A stretch of 64,000 nt of DNA from Albugo candida (taxonomy: Eukaryota): NCBI GenBank assembly GCA_040437565.1, contig JBDOQK010000074.1, positions 1-64,000 on the forward strand, read 5' to 3'. Numbering within the stretch: position 1 is the stretch's first letter; the number at the start of each line of letters is the position of its first letter. Below, one piece after another: positions 1 to 13,043 of the stretch. The notes below the pieces were generated by a model. It was not told the DNA's origin and did not search any database. It saw only the letters and a list, made by a program, of their open reading frames with translations. The position numbers and the translations under genes were made by a program.

Positions 1-1509
1 TGGAAGATGGTTTGTTGCTTGTTTACTCATGGTAGCTAAATTGTGGCACTCGTTATCGTTTTGTGAATGTCAGTATCATACGACATGCTTCCGTTTTGAT
101 GTGATACATATATTTCTTCAGGTGTTACTCATCACCAGACAGTTATAAGGAAAAAAATCTTTACAATTATAGATTCGTTCTGTTTTGTACCTGATCAACA
201 AGTAGTATCACTGAAACTTGTTCTATGTGATCGCGAAGGTTTCATGAGCATGCTGTTCTACAAAACTTCCAAATATTGATATCCTACACATACACTTTCT
301 ACAGGAGTTGTTCCGGGAAGATCAACTCATTGCTGACGCAAAACTTCAGTCTTTGTCATGTCTTTGAGACGGTATAGAATTTGCGGTAGACAAAACTGCG
401 GCAAAGACTTACCTTGGCTAGCAAAAAGTGAACTTAGTAACTGTTACATAAATTCATACTTTTTAATGAGCTCCAAAAGCTCAACAGATACAACTTCACT
501 CTTGGATCTTTTTCGACTTTCACCGTATTGGATATGCAGGAAGAAGAACTCTCTTCCTGTTCGCCTTTCCAACTCTCGATGCAGCTGATGCGGTAGGGAT
601 TGTTCGGCCATATCGAGGAAGTAAAAATTCTTCACGAGGTTGAAATTCCTGCTTCGAATTGGGAGGTCAAGGAATTTAAGGCATTCGCGATAATCCCAGC
701 CATGGCTAGTCCCATCTTCGGTCCATGGTTAGGTCAGCATGTACAACTGCTGAGAAGTGGAGAAAAAAGAACTTTCTCACGAGTCGCTCCTCGCTTGACA
801 ATGTTCAAAAGCAATGGGGGCTACATAAACTCAAGATGAAGAAAGGCGGGATTGTGATGCATCATTTTTTCAGATTTGATAAATATATGTATGTTGATGC
901 AATCTATCCGAGCTTTCATCGACTAGTATGAGCAGGTGGTGATTCTACTATGAAGTATGTCCGACAATTCCGATCAGATTGTCAAGATCACGGACAATAT
1001 ACCCGGAATGGACTATTTGTAAGCTAAAGATATGCTTCTTCGCGAATTTGAGAGTATACATTGGAAAGAAAAAGGTATATTGGCACTGAAGGTCCACCAC
1101 AATAGACCAAGAAAAGGTCGAGTATGCCTACCAAGCATCGAGCTTTTTGTACTTGAATGTGATGCTCGCCAAGTTTCAATCTTGGTGAAGAAGTATCCCG
1201 ACAACTTTTTTTTCAATTACAACATGCCTAGTTTTAGTATTACTCTCGCAACTTTCTCATTTTTGACTATTGCATAAACAATTCCATATCTCTAACTAAG
1301 TACATCCATACCGGCATTAAATTGTTGCTCCAACAACTTCAATCGAGACTTATTTTTGATTGGCTAATTCACAGATGTTTTAACTGTGGTAGGCTAATAC
1401 ATATGACANNNNNNNNNNNNNNNNNNNNNNNNNNNNNNNNNNNNNNNNNNNNNNNNNNNNNNNNNNNNNNNNNNNNNNNNNNNNNNNNNNNNNNNNNNNN
1501 NNNNNNNNG

Positions 1510-3010
1510 GGTAAGATGCGAAATCAGTTCCTCAATGGTAGAACACAAATCGCAGCACTACTTGAGGAGCTCAAAAAAATGACCATTACATCTCTTCAGC
1601 CCAATGCAGCGATGACAATCTGACGATTTTTTTTTTTGCCAATCCAAAGTCCATCAAGTTGACGCGACGATTTCCTTCTGCTTTGTCCTTGGACTGCACA
1701 TACAAGACAAACAAATATAAAGTGCCCCTGCTCCATGCTGTTGGGTTTACTTGCCTAAATTCAACATTCTCATCATCCTATACATTTCTGCCGAAAGGCA
1801 TCAGGAGGACTACATATGGGCACTAAACCAGATCAAAAGTATCTATAATGGGGTATCATCTCCGAAGGTCATAATCATAGATCGCGAGCTTGCACTAATA
1901 AGGGCTGTCCAGGAAGTTTTGTCATCGAGCAAGCATCTCCTTTGTCGTTGGCATGTTTAAAATTTTTGATGATTTATCAGTGATTGACCACACGTAAGTA
2001 ATGTTTCTCATAAAAAAACACAGATTTATTAGTATCTAATTACAAGAATTATTCTTTCAGTTGCAGAACAGCAGAAATCCTGAAACTCTTACCAGCTCGT
2101 GAAAAAATTCAAAAATCAAGTATGAATACAAGTTAAATCTATTGCTGTACTTGGAAGAGACATGGCTTGTGAACAAGGAACGATTTGTTACAGCACGGAC
2201 AAAGTTTTACGCTCACTTCGGGAATATCAACACATCGCGAATCGAAGGAGCACATGCCACAATCAAAAGATGGTTGAAGATGTCAACAATGGATATGCGA
2301 GATGTGAGAGCCAAATTAACTGATTGTCTACAACAGCAAGAGAGGGAGCTTCGGACAGCAGTCGCAGCAACAGAAACTCGAGTTTATCATAATCTGAATG
2401 GCAGGATATATGATGGTGTAGTGCGTAAGGTGTCTCCCTTGCTCAGAGAAAAATAAAAGATGAAATCAAGGAGGGCTTGGTTGGCAACAGGGCAGGAGCT
2501 TACACGCATGCTTTCCAAGCAATTTATGGTCTACCTTGCTGGCACTCACTTTCCAATAAATCGATAATGACCAAACCCTCTTACCATCCGTCATCCACCA
2601 ACAATGGCACCTTTCTCCAGAAATCACATCAACAGTCTTAAAGGATGCTGAAGAAGGTTCAGAGACTGGTATTGTAGAATTTCGAAAAACTGTGCAGCAA
2701 CTTGAGACAACTTTCCAATGCTTGAACTCCAGTGAACAAAAGGAAATGAAGGCTCAACTTATACAGTTGGCAACCCAGAGATCAAAAGCACCAAATCCCC
2801 CCTTTAACTATAGTTAAGCAGCGAGTAAGACCAGCAGGATCGAATCAGCCTTTTCAGAATGAAGCTTCCATGAAACGAGATCTGTCAGCATTTGAGCATC
2901 AGACACAGAAGAAATGCAGGTGCATCAATTGCGGGAACATCGGCCATAACAAGCGATCTTGCAGAATTCCGGTTTCAAGCTTAGATTCTGGACAAGCTTT
3001 GATAAATAAT
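1510..3010 (+). mobile_element. Decayed Mutator-like (MULE) transposase
   Basis: Fragments across frames: LDCTYKTNKYKVPLL (~1689-1735), IIDRELALIRAVQEV..HLLCRWHV (ORF 1751-1960), ETWL..FGNINTSRIEGAH (ORF 2142-2456), YGLPCWH (~2525-2545) and C-terminal knuckle CINCGNIGHNKRSC (2921-2962). Stops and frameshifts present; termini not identified. Confidence 0.85.
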
Positions 3011-3244
3011 TAGAGATTTTTCCTTTACAATGTTTTTTCATCATACCTTTTATTTTCGGCCGGTAGTGTATAATAACTTTTGCATCTATACCACGCATTC
3101 TAGCTCAGCAAACTGCCAATGAATCTTCTATCAATGGTGAGTGTTTAGCTCTGCTAAAGGTATCTATATTACAATAATTAGCCTTAGAAGTACATGACTT
3201 CTATTCGTTTGAAATGTTAACTTAGTTATTCTTCAAAATAGTTG

Positions 3245-3455
3245 TGAAAGTAATAATTTGAGTAGGCATGACGTAATCTAAATTTAAGATAAATGTAATT
3301 AAAAAAAAGCTGTCGGAATATAGAAACCATTGTTTATTGTTAGAAAAAAGTTTTGGGAGTGATAATTCAAGTAGGCATGATGTAATTTAAAATGAAAAGT
3401 AAAAATGTACTTAGAATAAAAAGGTGTCGGGATATCAATACCCTGAATTAATTCG
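3245..3455. repeat. Degenerate AT-rich tandem duplication, ~110-bp unit
   Basis: AGTAGGCATGA at 3261 and 3370; TGTCGG at 3311 and 3425; intervening A/T tracts are similar. Confidence 0.6.
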
Positions 3456-3809
3456 ACACGCAAGATTGGGACATTTATCAAGTAAGAGATTTAAGAAGAA
3501 GAAGAATTTTGTGAAAAAATTCGATGTAAATTCAAGACCATCATCGAATTGTGTCGATCCCGAAATCTGTTAAGACTTTTTGAATGGAAAGTCGTCCATT
3601 TATCAGTTTAATTGACTGTATACGGGATGTTCAATACAAGATCGCTTCTAGAATTGGTACACAGCGATGTGTTAAACCGATACAAGAAAATCTCAGGAAG
3701 GTGCAAAGTACATGGTTAATTTCGATAGACTCAATTCGTACGAGCCCGGAAGCATTTAGTAAGCTCGTTGATTCAAGGATCTAGCGGAGATCCAACTAAG
3801 AAAAAGAAT

Positions 3810-5045
3810 CAAGTGGTTGCGTTGCCTACAGATGCTGTTGCTGAATATATCAATCACAAATTCGCAAAGCTATTCAAAAGGCGGAAATAGTACGCAAGAC
3901 TAAAGGTCTCTATTCACCGCAAGAAATCGTTCTTTTTTTTTTGAAGCAAATGAATCGATCAAAAAATGGAAAGAGCAAGATGCATGTTGCCGCACATGCA
4001 AGAAAAATGCTGGCAGAAGCTATGAATACGGTTGTGTCATGCATAATCAGCAGAGGTACATGTGCAACAAACCAATATGAAACACCATTTGAAGTTTTTT
4101 ACGGTTAGCAACATAATAAATCTCACATTCACATTCGAAAGTTTTGGAGCTCTTGGTTTTGCGCATATCGATAAGTCTAAACGATCCAAATTAGACAAGA
4201 AGACCTACAAAGGCATGTTTCTGGGCTAATCGAAAATGCAAAAGGATATCATGTATGGAATTCGGAATCTTATCATTTGGAAACAACGCGTTGAGCTTCT
4301 TTTCAAGATCTTCAATCATCGAAGTATGTCCAAGTTTCATGCCGAGTTCGGGCTACGGAACGGAATTCTAAGGCAAACGGAATCGTTGATAAAGCGGAAA
4401 CGCCCATTATAACCAGACTTGAAAATGATGAAGATTGCGGTGATAAAGACGCTGATAAAGTTAAATTGACGTCATCATGGAGATCAATACTGATGCGGAG
4501 TTTGTGCACAGGTGAGACTTAATGATTGTAATGGCTCTCCGATATCTGCACAATCTGGGCCCAGCAACCTACGTCACAGCAAACAGTCCTACGCAATCAT
4601 TGCGTACAAATTATCACATGCTACTGTTCTTTATTAGCTGGAAGAAAATCGACCACAGAAAAGACTTCAGAACGAACAGGAGAACGCCAATGCTGCGTTA
4701 GACGCACTGAAAAACGTACAAAGATGCAGTGTGAATTGAAAATTTAGATCAATGGAAAGTTGCCATCGATCAAGAAATGTAAGCGCTCGAAGAAAAAAAG
4801 ACATGGACTGTGACAAAGGAGAAACCGAATATGAAGGTTATCCGAACGAAATAGGTATTCACCCTGAAGCAAAACAAAGTTGGTGATTCAAAAGTACAAA
4901 GTAGACTCGCTACTCTAGTATATCGACGAAAATATGAAGCGGAATGGCACAGTTACAAAAATGAATTCTATCTGTGTTCACTTATCGCCTTTCTGTCACG
5001 AGGATTTATACATTCTGCATAATGATGTCGACACCGCTTTTTCTT
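3810..5045 (+). mobile_element. Decayed Ty1/copia pol fragment (integrase C-terminus, SH3-like region, start of RT)
   Basis: AEAMNT..TPFEVFYG (~4012-4105), KVFGALGFAHIDKSKRSKLDKKTYKGMFLG (~4138-4227), KGYHVWN, WKVAIDQEM*ALEEKKTW (~4753-4806), DVDTAF (~5024-5041). Integrase precedes RT, the copia order. Confidence 0.85.
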
Positions 5046-5049
5046 TATT

Positions 5050-7270
5050 AATTATGCCCGATACGTATTCCCGATGATTGAAGATGTTTCAATCCAAGAA
5101 TTCAAGCAGAGGTCTAAACGAGCCGGTCTCTTGAGATTTTTTGATAACAGCCCTAAAGAACAATTTGAATTTCTCGTCAACGCAATTAGCCTATGGACCC
5201 CTTCAGTTAGGAACTCCGTGAAATGGTCAGCTTTGAAGTCGGTGGCATGGATCCAGATCCGAAAATGGTATTCAAAAAATTGAATAAAAAAGCAGCACAG
5301 TTCAATGAGTCTTATTTGGCAAGAAAATTTCTCAGGACTGCAACTAAAGACCCCAAACCAATAGGTTGTGATGAAAAAAAAGTGAAATGACCAATAGAGA
5401 AGTCGAGCATTATAAAAATCAAAGATCATTCACATGTACAAAATGTCTTCGGTAAGAACAGCACTTTGACTGCTTCAATAAACAAGCCAAATGAGAAACT
5501 GAAGAGGGATGCTGGAATTGTGGTGAAGATTACTGGTTGAATGAATGTCCAACCAGAACAGAAGCAGAGAAGAAAGAGTGGCTGCATAAAAGCGGGCCGA
5601 ATTTTCTGTGAAGAAGTTACGACGTTTGAGTGACCCTGAAGCAAAAAAAGTGGATGCTGTCGTTTGAGGTGGACAGTGGAAAATTTATTTAGTTTTCCTG
5701 CTTGTCAGCAGATGATACCGTTATCCCCAAGAGATTGGCCATAAGTTTGGTCGATGCCGGGATGGAGCTCCGTGTGTAGAGCATTTAGTCAAGGAAATAT
5801 CGTATGAAAAACGTAGAAGTATTTCAAGACTGTTGCCAAAAGTTGAATATGCAGTTGTTTCTGCAGATTCCAGCTGGTCCAGTTAAGTTCCCGAACACGG
5901 ATTTTTACATTTTTCAAGAAGCGTCGTGGGAAATACTTATTGAAAAACATTTGTTTAATTCGATTGGTATAGACGGCAAAGAGCAGCTGTTTTCTTTAGC
6001 TGAGAATCAACATTAGTTTGAGAGCTATAGTGGAGCTATGAAAGTTGATGAGTGCTTGGCGAAGGACGCAAAGATGGTGGAAGAAAACACAGGTAGCGAC
6101 TGCCTCAATTAAGAATGGTCTAGTGGTAGAACATCCGACGATTGTTGGTTCGCTTGCTTTCTAATTTGCAATGTTGTTTTTTGTCACAATTATTGGGCTT
6201 TACTCCTGCGGAGGCTGAGCCCTTGTCACTACATCTCGTGAAAGGTGCAAACAGGTTCGTCTAAGATTCGGACCGAATTCTCCGTTGATGATACAAGTGA
6301 GGGGAAAGAGGATGTGGACAAGCCTCTTTCAGCAAGTTTCATTTATACGTGCTTTTCCGTCAAGAAACCTGGAAAAGCATTGTAGAATGACCATTGACGA
6401 TCACAGAATCATTCAGCCGAAGTGCGGTTCAATGCCTTACTTGTCTACAAAAACTGTTGTCTTGAGTAAAATGACTACTTTTGGAATTATGGACATGTAA
6501 TCTGGCTTTTGGCAGCTACCCTCACACGCAGGCGATCCGGAGATACTTTCTTTTGTCACCAATGGCAAGAGCCTACACACCAAATCATGCTCTCCAAGGA
6601 ATAATTGATTCTGGTTGTATTTCCAATCAGTTATAATCAAGGACTTGGAAGTATTACTGGATACATCAGTTCTCATTAAGATGAACGACCTGTTTTTGAT
6701 TGCATAAGATGAGGTCACTTTTCTCAAGGTATTAAAAGATGTTTCAAATATTGTGAAAACGTTTAGATTGAAGAAAATTCTAATAGAACCAGTCTGTTCG
6801 TAAAAGAATCTCGATGGTGTTGGAAAAAATTAAGATGGAGATGGAATCAAGCAAGATTCTGAAATGGTACAAGATCTACGGGACTTTAGAGGTCCGAATA
6901 CAGTTGGCAAAGTTCAACAATTCCTTTGTATAATGAACTGGTTAGAAAACGAGTGGCGAGAAATATGTCTTTAGTATTGATGTAGAATCAAATGGATTGA
7001 TTTCAAATGCTTAAGAAGCTCAAAGCGAAAAGTGTGAAGCTGCATCACTTGGTGGACACCGCTATGATATGTGTCTTTACGGATTCAAGCTTGTATGGAT
7101 GGCGTTTAGCAGTAACACAAGTGGTAGAGTGGGATTCTGCAATACCCCTGGAGAAACAAGTACATCAAGAAGTCATATTACTATCTGGCTGTATTACTGA
7201 ATCCGAGTTGAATTGGAGGTTCACTGATATGGCTCTCGAAAAGGCAGACTGTCTTCTTCGACTTCGTCAT
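5050..7270 (+). mobile_element. Decayed Ty3/gypsy (chromodomain-type) element, 5' part: probable gag, protease, RT, start of RNase H
   Basis: Protease VDSG..ADDTVIP (5669-5728), QIPAGPV..SIGID (ORF 5804-6016), RT fragment FGIMDM*SGFWQLP..EILSFVT (~6480-6560), RNase H CVFTDSSLYGW..TQVVEWD (ORF 7007-7291). No 5' LTR recognised. Confidence 0.8.
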
Positions 7271-7297
7271 TTGGCGTATCATTTTGATTGATCAAAA

Positions 7298-7537
7298 TGA
7301 TACGCCCTTGGCTAGCAGAGGGGCTATCGGCTCCTCAAGCCTTCCTAACAAGACTTGAGAAGAGAATGATAAAAGGGAGAATGTATTTAAATGGTAGTAA
7401 TGCCTAACGCTCTTTAGCTAAGGGCTTCATGTAATTTCCAACTATCATGGCTACATGCGGCATGTCATACTCCCTCAATGAAGCACGAGGCTATAGCACG
7501 AAAAGATACGGCGAAAAGTGACTTGTTCAGTGGACAC
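7298..7537. repeat. Left arm of terminal inverted repeat (element 3' end)
   Basis: TGATACGCCCTTGGCTAGCAGAGGGGCTATCGG... aligns co-linearly with the reverse complement of 13044-13308; about 52 differences in 240 columns (~78%) by hand alignment. Confidence 0.9.
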
Positions 7538-10500
7538 GCCCTAGTCAATCGTCACCGTTCCATTAGTGTGGAATGTCTGGATAGTAAAAGGTCCACTGAA
7601 AACTGCACGGGTTTCGGCTCGGAAATGTTTAGGAATGTTCAGGAGCACGGACCTTGACGTGGTCACCGGGTTTTTAAAAATCTTCCAATCGCTTACTGTT
7701 TTCATTATTGTTGTCGGCGAGGATCGCTTCAAAGCGACGTTTCGAGAGATAGCTCCAGTTGGCCTCGTAAAGCTGCCGGGTGATCATGTCCTGTCCAATT
7801 AATACTTGACTTGGCGATGCATTTAAAATGCTATGAAAACTGGCACGAAGATCAAATACAGCGTAGTAGATAGCTTCTTCCAGTCGACACCCTCGTAGCA
7901 GCGAATAATGTTCAGGATCTCTAAATGAACCCTTTCACATACAGCGTTCGCTTTGAGGTTCTTTGATGTGATCGGCTTAGCTTTGATACCATAACTTCTT
8001 AGAAGTTTCTGAAATTCGGCACCTGTAAATTCTGTCCCTTGAATAACTTCACGTGGACGAGGGTATCGACACAGTAATTCCCGTTCAAAGCTCTCTGCAG
8101 TGGTGCGCGCGAACTTGTTTGCTTGGACACCAACTTCAAGCCACCGTGTTGCCTGATCAATAATGGGGATCCCGTAGCTTCCGTCTTTATAGGGCCCAAT
8201 TAGATCGACATGGACCACATCAAATGGATTCACGCTCTTCTAAGTTCTGGGTGGTAGAAGACCATAATCTTGTTTTTTGCCATAAACTTTGGCACGCTTG
8301 CAAACTGAACACGTCTTCCTTCGTGATCGCCGCTGGTAAAATGTGTGCTTGAAATCTCGTCTGCATTGTTTGCGGAAGTAATTAGAATATAAAAATACCG
8401 AAAAGGAGTGTAGAGGACCACATATTGTAGCTGGTCATAACTAAGCTTTTTGTATTTGACATATCTATTTCCTCACAGAAAACAACCGATTCAGATTGGT
8501 CAATATCATTTCACATCGACCTCACGTAATACTGGTCGCTGAAAACGTCATTTAGACCCTTCAAAGACGGGAGTCTGGTACACCACATCACGAGATGCTA
8601 TTCCAGTGCGTAATGGTATGACGACATGCACCTTCGACTAGGTAGGCCCAACGAGGCACATTTCGCATTCAGCTGAATCGTCTGTAAGGGATGCAAATTG
8701 ATCTGATTTTAAATTTCGCGCTCCGTCAGTTTACGTCAGAAATGCATCATACTGGACATCACATGCCCAAAAAATCTTTCATGGCCGCACACTCCATCTC
8801 CTATATGCCCGAGCACAAGAATACACAGTTATTGCCTGCTTTGATGAAACAAAATTGTTTTATGTGCATTATTGCGCAATCGATCATCGCGGAGCGTAGG
8901 TGGGACAATTACACGCTTCTAGTAAGTTATCAAGGTACACCCAAGTAGAGGTAATAGCTGAAAATCGGGTTTATTGAAGCCCGAAAGACATGAAGACTTG
9001 ATTNNNNNNNNNNNNNNNNNNNNNNNNNNNNNNNNNNNNNNNNNNNNNNNNNNNNNNNNNNNNNNNNNNNNNNNNNNNNNNNNNNNNNNNNNNNNNNNNN
9101 NNNCATGGCCGCACACTCCATCTCCTATATGCCCGAGCACAAGAATACACAGTTATTGCCTGCTTTGATGAAACAAAATTGTTTTATGTGCATTATTGCG
9201 CAATCGATCATCGCGGAGCGTAGGTGGGACAATTACACGCTTCTAGTAAGTTATCAAGGTACACCCAAGTAGAGGTAATAGCTGAAAATCGGGTTTATTG
9301 AAGCCCGAAAGACATGAAGACTTGATTGTCTAAATCATCGGGTCTTCGTCTTGATGTTAACAAAGTACCAGACCATGCATGACACACTTAGGGTCTTCCG
9401 TGATTGAGCAGATCTAATCTATTAGTTGCACATCATCGTTTTTCATGGTCTGGAAGCGCGTTCGCGAGAAGGCGTCTGCTCCAGCGTTTTTCTCTCCCTC
9501 GATGTATTGCATAGTCAAGTTGTACTCGTAGAGAAGCAATTTACAGCGTTTTACCCGCATATTGTTCCGTTGGGTCAATGAGGTTCTTATGATCCGTATG
9601 GACAACAACCGAAAGCTCGACGGATAATCTCAACAACCGATATCAACTCCAGTTCCATTGTTGTATAGTTTCGCAGGTGTTTGTTGAGTGCTCGAGAGTA
9701 ACACTCTATGATCTTAAGCTCTTGCATATTAATACCCCCAGCTTGTGTCCCACTTGCATCTGCATACACGTGGAATGGCTTTTTGAAGACGGTAAAGGAG
9801 AGAAGTTCTGCCTCTGAAAATGGTGTTTGTATATCCCGGAATGCCTTAGTGTCCGTAGGATTCCACATAAATGGAACGTTCGTGCTTGTACAGCGTTGAA
9901 GAAACTGGCATAATGCTGTCTTGTTTGGCACCATATCCAGATATTAATTGATCATGCCCAGAAATCGCCTTAGCTCCTTTTTGCTTCGTGGAATCGCAAT
10001 CTGCTGTATCGCTTGAATCTTTTTTTCCTGCGGCTCGATCCCTTCCGCGGTGGGCGTGTCCGAGATAATCTACTTCCGATCGTTGAATATGGCTTTTTTC
10101 CGTTCAGTGTGACATCATATTTGTTCAGTCGCTCAAACACCACTCGGAGATTCTCGAAATGGTAGAATTCGTCGCTCGAAAACACCAAGAAATCATCCAG
10201 GTACACAACAACAAAGTCCAGATCACCGAAGATCTTCTCCATGCATGCTTGATACTCATCAGGCGCGGTAGAAATTCCCATGGGAAGACGCTTGTATTGG
10301 TACTTTCTAAAAGGGAGGAAGAAGGCAGTAAGCGGTCTGCTTTGCTTAGTCAACTGTCTACAGTAGTATCCCATGTTGGCATCTAAAGTCGTTAAGCACT
10401 TTGCTGCCGACAGCCGTAGCAGGATCTCGCGCATCCGGAGAAAAAAATATGAACTGCGGCGTAACCAGCGATTGAGTACTCTATAGTCAATCAGCAGGCG

Positions 10501-13043
10501 GAGAGAACCGTAAGGCTTTGTCGCGAAAAACGCTGGACTGACCAATTCCGAATCATGTATCTGTCCCAACACGTTGAGTTGCATCAGACGCTGGATCTCT
10601 GCTCTTGTTGCGTTATCTTGAATGCGGGGAATCGGGTATGGCTTGGCGTGAACTGGCTGGTACCCTGGTGATAGTGGTAAGATTTTCCTATCATTCCTCA
10701 TCCGTCCCAGATGATCATCGTACAAAGGACGATTCTTCTCTAGCAACTCCATGTAGCTCCCGGACAACTCGGCAGTCAGATGATTTGTCACCAGTTTCTA
10801 TGGATCGACAGCCGAATCCGCAAGCTATTTTTATTCTTCTACAGATTCCGTGTCGAGCGTCTCTGACTTGGTACCATCAACTCCACCTATATTGACTTGA
10901 AGACAATGTTCGTCCCATTCTCGACCAATGACCATAGCATCCTTGCAATCTTCACTCACTTGAAAGCGGTGCGTTACAACTGAATCAGCCTTTAGCTTGG
11001 GAAAGCGAAACCGGGCGACGATGGTCCTTCTACTCGTCACATCTTGGCCCATGGTCTCAAACACCTTCGTCACTTGCGGAACCACATTTTACTTATGTTT
11101 GGCACTGGCAAGCACAAATGACTTATTGACGATACTTCTTGAAGTACCAGTGTCCAACAGAGCTGCAAACTTTTCTTTGTCATGACGAATTTGCACGGTA
11201 ACCCGAAGCGGAGCTGTTGGGACAACAGGTTTTTGCCGGACTAGAACAAGTTGCTTGCACTCGTCTTCACTGCTGATGTCGTCCTCCTTTAACACATTTG
11301 GGTACGTCTCTTGATCACTTTCGACTACCAGTTGCTGGTGCTCCTCAGTTTTCTTCTTATGGGCAAAGCAATCGCTTGTGTTGTGCGGTCTTCTTTGTGA
11401 TGAGAGTAGAACTTATCGCCACCATCCGACCTTGAAGTTGGTCTTGTTACTTCCTTTTTGCTCTTGTACTGTTGTCCATTCTTGTGAACACTATTTCCTT
11501 CGCTACTACCGTATTTATCTTCGCGGCCTCTGTATGGTCCCCGCCCTTCTCGTGCAGTGGGCACCTTGTGCAGTCGCTCTTGTTTCTCCAGTCGCGAAAA
11601 TTATTGCTATTGAGTGTTTTGTGTTTTACACCCTCAGCTGCAAGCTTGTCTTGCCATGCCATCGGCATCCCACGCTTGAATTAGTGGCGCATCTACACAT
11701 CTGGAATCACCTCGGCCTTTTCAGGGAGCTCTGCAAAAAAAACCGAACATTCTCGCGCAGAAGCTGGGAGAACATGAGTACACTTTTATCCTGTCGCTTG
11801 GTTGCGTTCCATAGTTCGTGGTCCAGATCTTCGCTAAATCCTTCTGGCACAGAAAGCGGTCCCACGGCTGTATAGAATTGGTCAAAAGAACATGTTTCGG
11901 ATCTTTCTTGGGCCACCAACAGGTCCACATCATGAGCAAGGTCCCTTCACTTAGCGCAATCAAGTTGAGGCTCTTCTGTTCTTCGTTCCATCGCTTCCTC
12001 NNNNNNNNNNNNNNNNNNNNNNNNNNNNNNNNNNNNNNNNNNNNNNNNNNNNNNNNNNNNNNNNNNNNNNNNNNNNNNNNNNNNNNNNNNNNNNNNNNNN
12101 GTCTTCACTGCTGATGTCGTCCTCCTTTAACACATTTGGGTACGTCTCTTGATCACTTTCGACTACCAGTTGCTGGTGCTCCTCAGTTTTCTTCTTATGG
12201 GCAAAGCAATCGCTTGTGTTGTGCGGTCTTCTTTGTGATGAGAGTAGAACTTATCGCCACCATCCGACCTTGAAGTTGGTCTTGTTACTTCCTTTTTGCT
12301 CTTGTACTGTTGTCCATTCTTGTGAACACTATTTCCTTCGCTACTACCGTATTTATCTTCGCGGCCTCTGTATGGTCCCCGCCCTTCTCGTGCAGTGGGC
12401 ACCTTGTGCAGTCGCTCTTGTTTCTCCAGTCGCGAAAATTATTGCTATTGAGTGTTTTGTGTTTTACACCCTCAGCTGCAAGCTTGTCTTGCCATGCCAT
12501 CGGCATCCCACGCTTGAATTAGTGGCGCATCTACACATCTGGAATCACCTCGGCCTTTTCAGGGAGCTCTGCAAAAAAAACCGAACATTCTCGCGCAGAA
12601 GCTGGGAGAACATGAGTACACTTTTATCCTGTCGCTTGGTTGCGTTCCATAGTTCGTGGTCCAGATCTTCGCTAAATCCTTCTGGCACAGAAAGCGGTCC
12701 CACGGCTGTATAGAATTGGTCAAAAGAACATGTTTCGGATCTTTCTTGGGCCACCAACAGGTCCACATCATGAGCAAGGTCCCTTCACTTAGCGCAATCA
12801 AGTTGAGGCTCTTCTGTTCTTCGTTCCATCGCTTCCTCTTAGCGAGGCTCTGAATTTCGCAACTCCACTTCAGAAAGCTGAGTGGACTTCCACCCTTGAC
12901 CTTTGCATCTTTCCTTGCAGGGTATTCGCTGGGATGTCATCTTTGCATGGAGAAATTACCACCGTGTTGACGAAGTCTTCATCGTTCTGTCGGCTCATGC
13001 TGGATGGGTCTTGATTCTCTTCTGTACGACTCGGATTTGATTG

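Noticed and set aside
1-1400. Short ORFs at the window start
   Set aside because: No recognisable motif in any frame I translated; cannot be supported.
1527-1560. CTCAATGGTAGAAC resembling a tRNA D-arm/A-box
   Set aside because: No T-arm or acceptor stem; lies in the MULE coding remnant.
3130-3180. Minus-strand IDTFSR resembling a Polinton/retroviral integrase motif
   Set aside because: Six residues only, with no supporting DDE context.
8780-9327. Direct repeat inside the nested element that could be mistaken for an LTR
   Set aside because: Identical copies either side of the gap at ~9004-9103; assembly artefact.
11263-12838. Apparent tandem duplication of gag (offset 838 bp)
   Set aside because: Identical copies directly flank a 100-N gap: an uncollapsed contig overlap.
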